This document shows positions 63,736 to 64,000 of a DNA stretch of 64,000 nucleotides, piece after piece; within the stretch, counting starts at the first letter, position 1; each line of letters begins with the position of its first letter. The DNA comes from Glaucostegus cemiculus (lineage: Eukaryota). The DNA is taken from the NCBI GenBank assembly GCA_976551045.1, contig CDPCPM010000329.1, forward strand, positions 1,240,001 to 1,304,000, written 5' to 3'. The position numbers and the translations under genes were made by a program. The notes beneath the pieces were generated by a model. It was not told the origin of the DNA. It worked only from the letters and a program-made list of their open reading frames with translations, and did no database searches.

Positions 63736-64000
63736 GTGGTTTTAGGATTATTACCACAAAAATATAAAATCAAAAGGCTATCATTGGAAACAAGTGTACA
63801 TTTGATCTCTATTGCTTAAAAATAGATTTAGAATTCCAACTTGCATTTGTTTTTTTTTAAACATGCACACAAAAGGGGAAAGGGGAGGAAGTGTGTTGGG
63901 GGAAAACAGACTTTGCTACAATTGAAAACAACATTACATTTTCTACAATGCAAAGACCAGTTCTCTCAGGTTACCTCTGGAGGTTACCACGCAGGCAGTG

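Noticed and set aside
63975-64000. Possible donor site of the missing FBXL19 F-box exon at the window edge (GTG|gtaacc on -)
   Set aside because: The preceding codons do not give the expected CxxWxRW end of the F-box.

Overview
Vertebrate nuclear DNA, most likely from a cartilaginous fish (ray or shark), inferred from V-SINE/HE1-type and Deu-type SINEs and abundant CR1, L2, RTE and Penelope remnants. It holds the 3' ends of two convergent spliced genes. On + are the last three coding exons of BCKDK (2688-2777, 11721-11876, 14268-14412). On - are the last four coding exons of an FBXL19/KDM2-family F-box/LRR gene, best called FBXL19 (35507-35670, 29650-29811, 27843-28055, 26270-26466). Its upstream exons appear to lie beyond a >28 kb intron outside the window. 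The stretch between the genes (about 15.1-26.3 kb) has almost no recognisable transposons and looks like two 3'UTRs meeting near 16.4-17.2 kb. Points worth a second look: minimal hammerhead-ribozyme motifs carried by Penelope-derived termini and hairpin elements in both genes' introns; an RTE-X-like LINE with a twin-priming-type 5' inversion; a fossil two-gene Harbinger transposon; a frameshifting tandem splice donor in FBXL19; and an unexplained 54-bp direct repeat. No prokaryotic-type system, CRISPR array, rRNA or bona fide tRNA was found. Most ORFs in the supplied track are transposon debris or chance ORFs. Family assignments and comparisons to human proteins come from recalled motifs, not database searches, and repeat boundaries are approximate.
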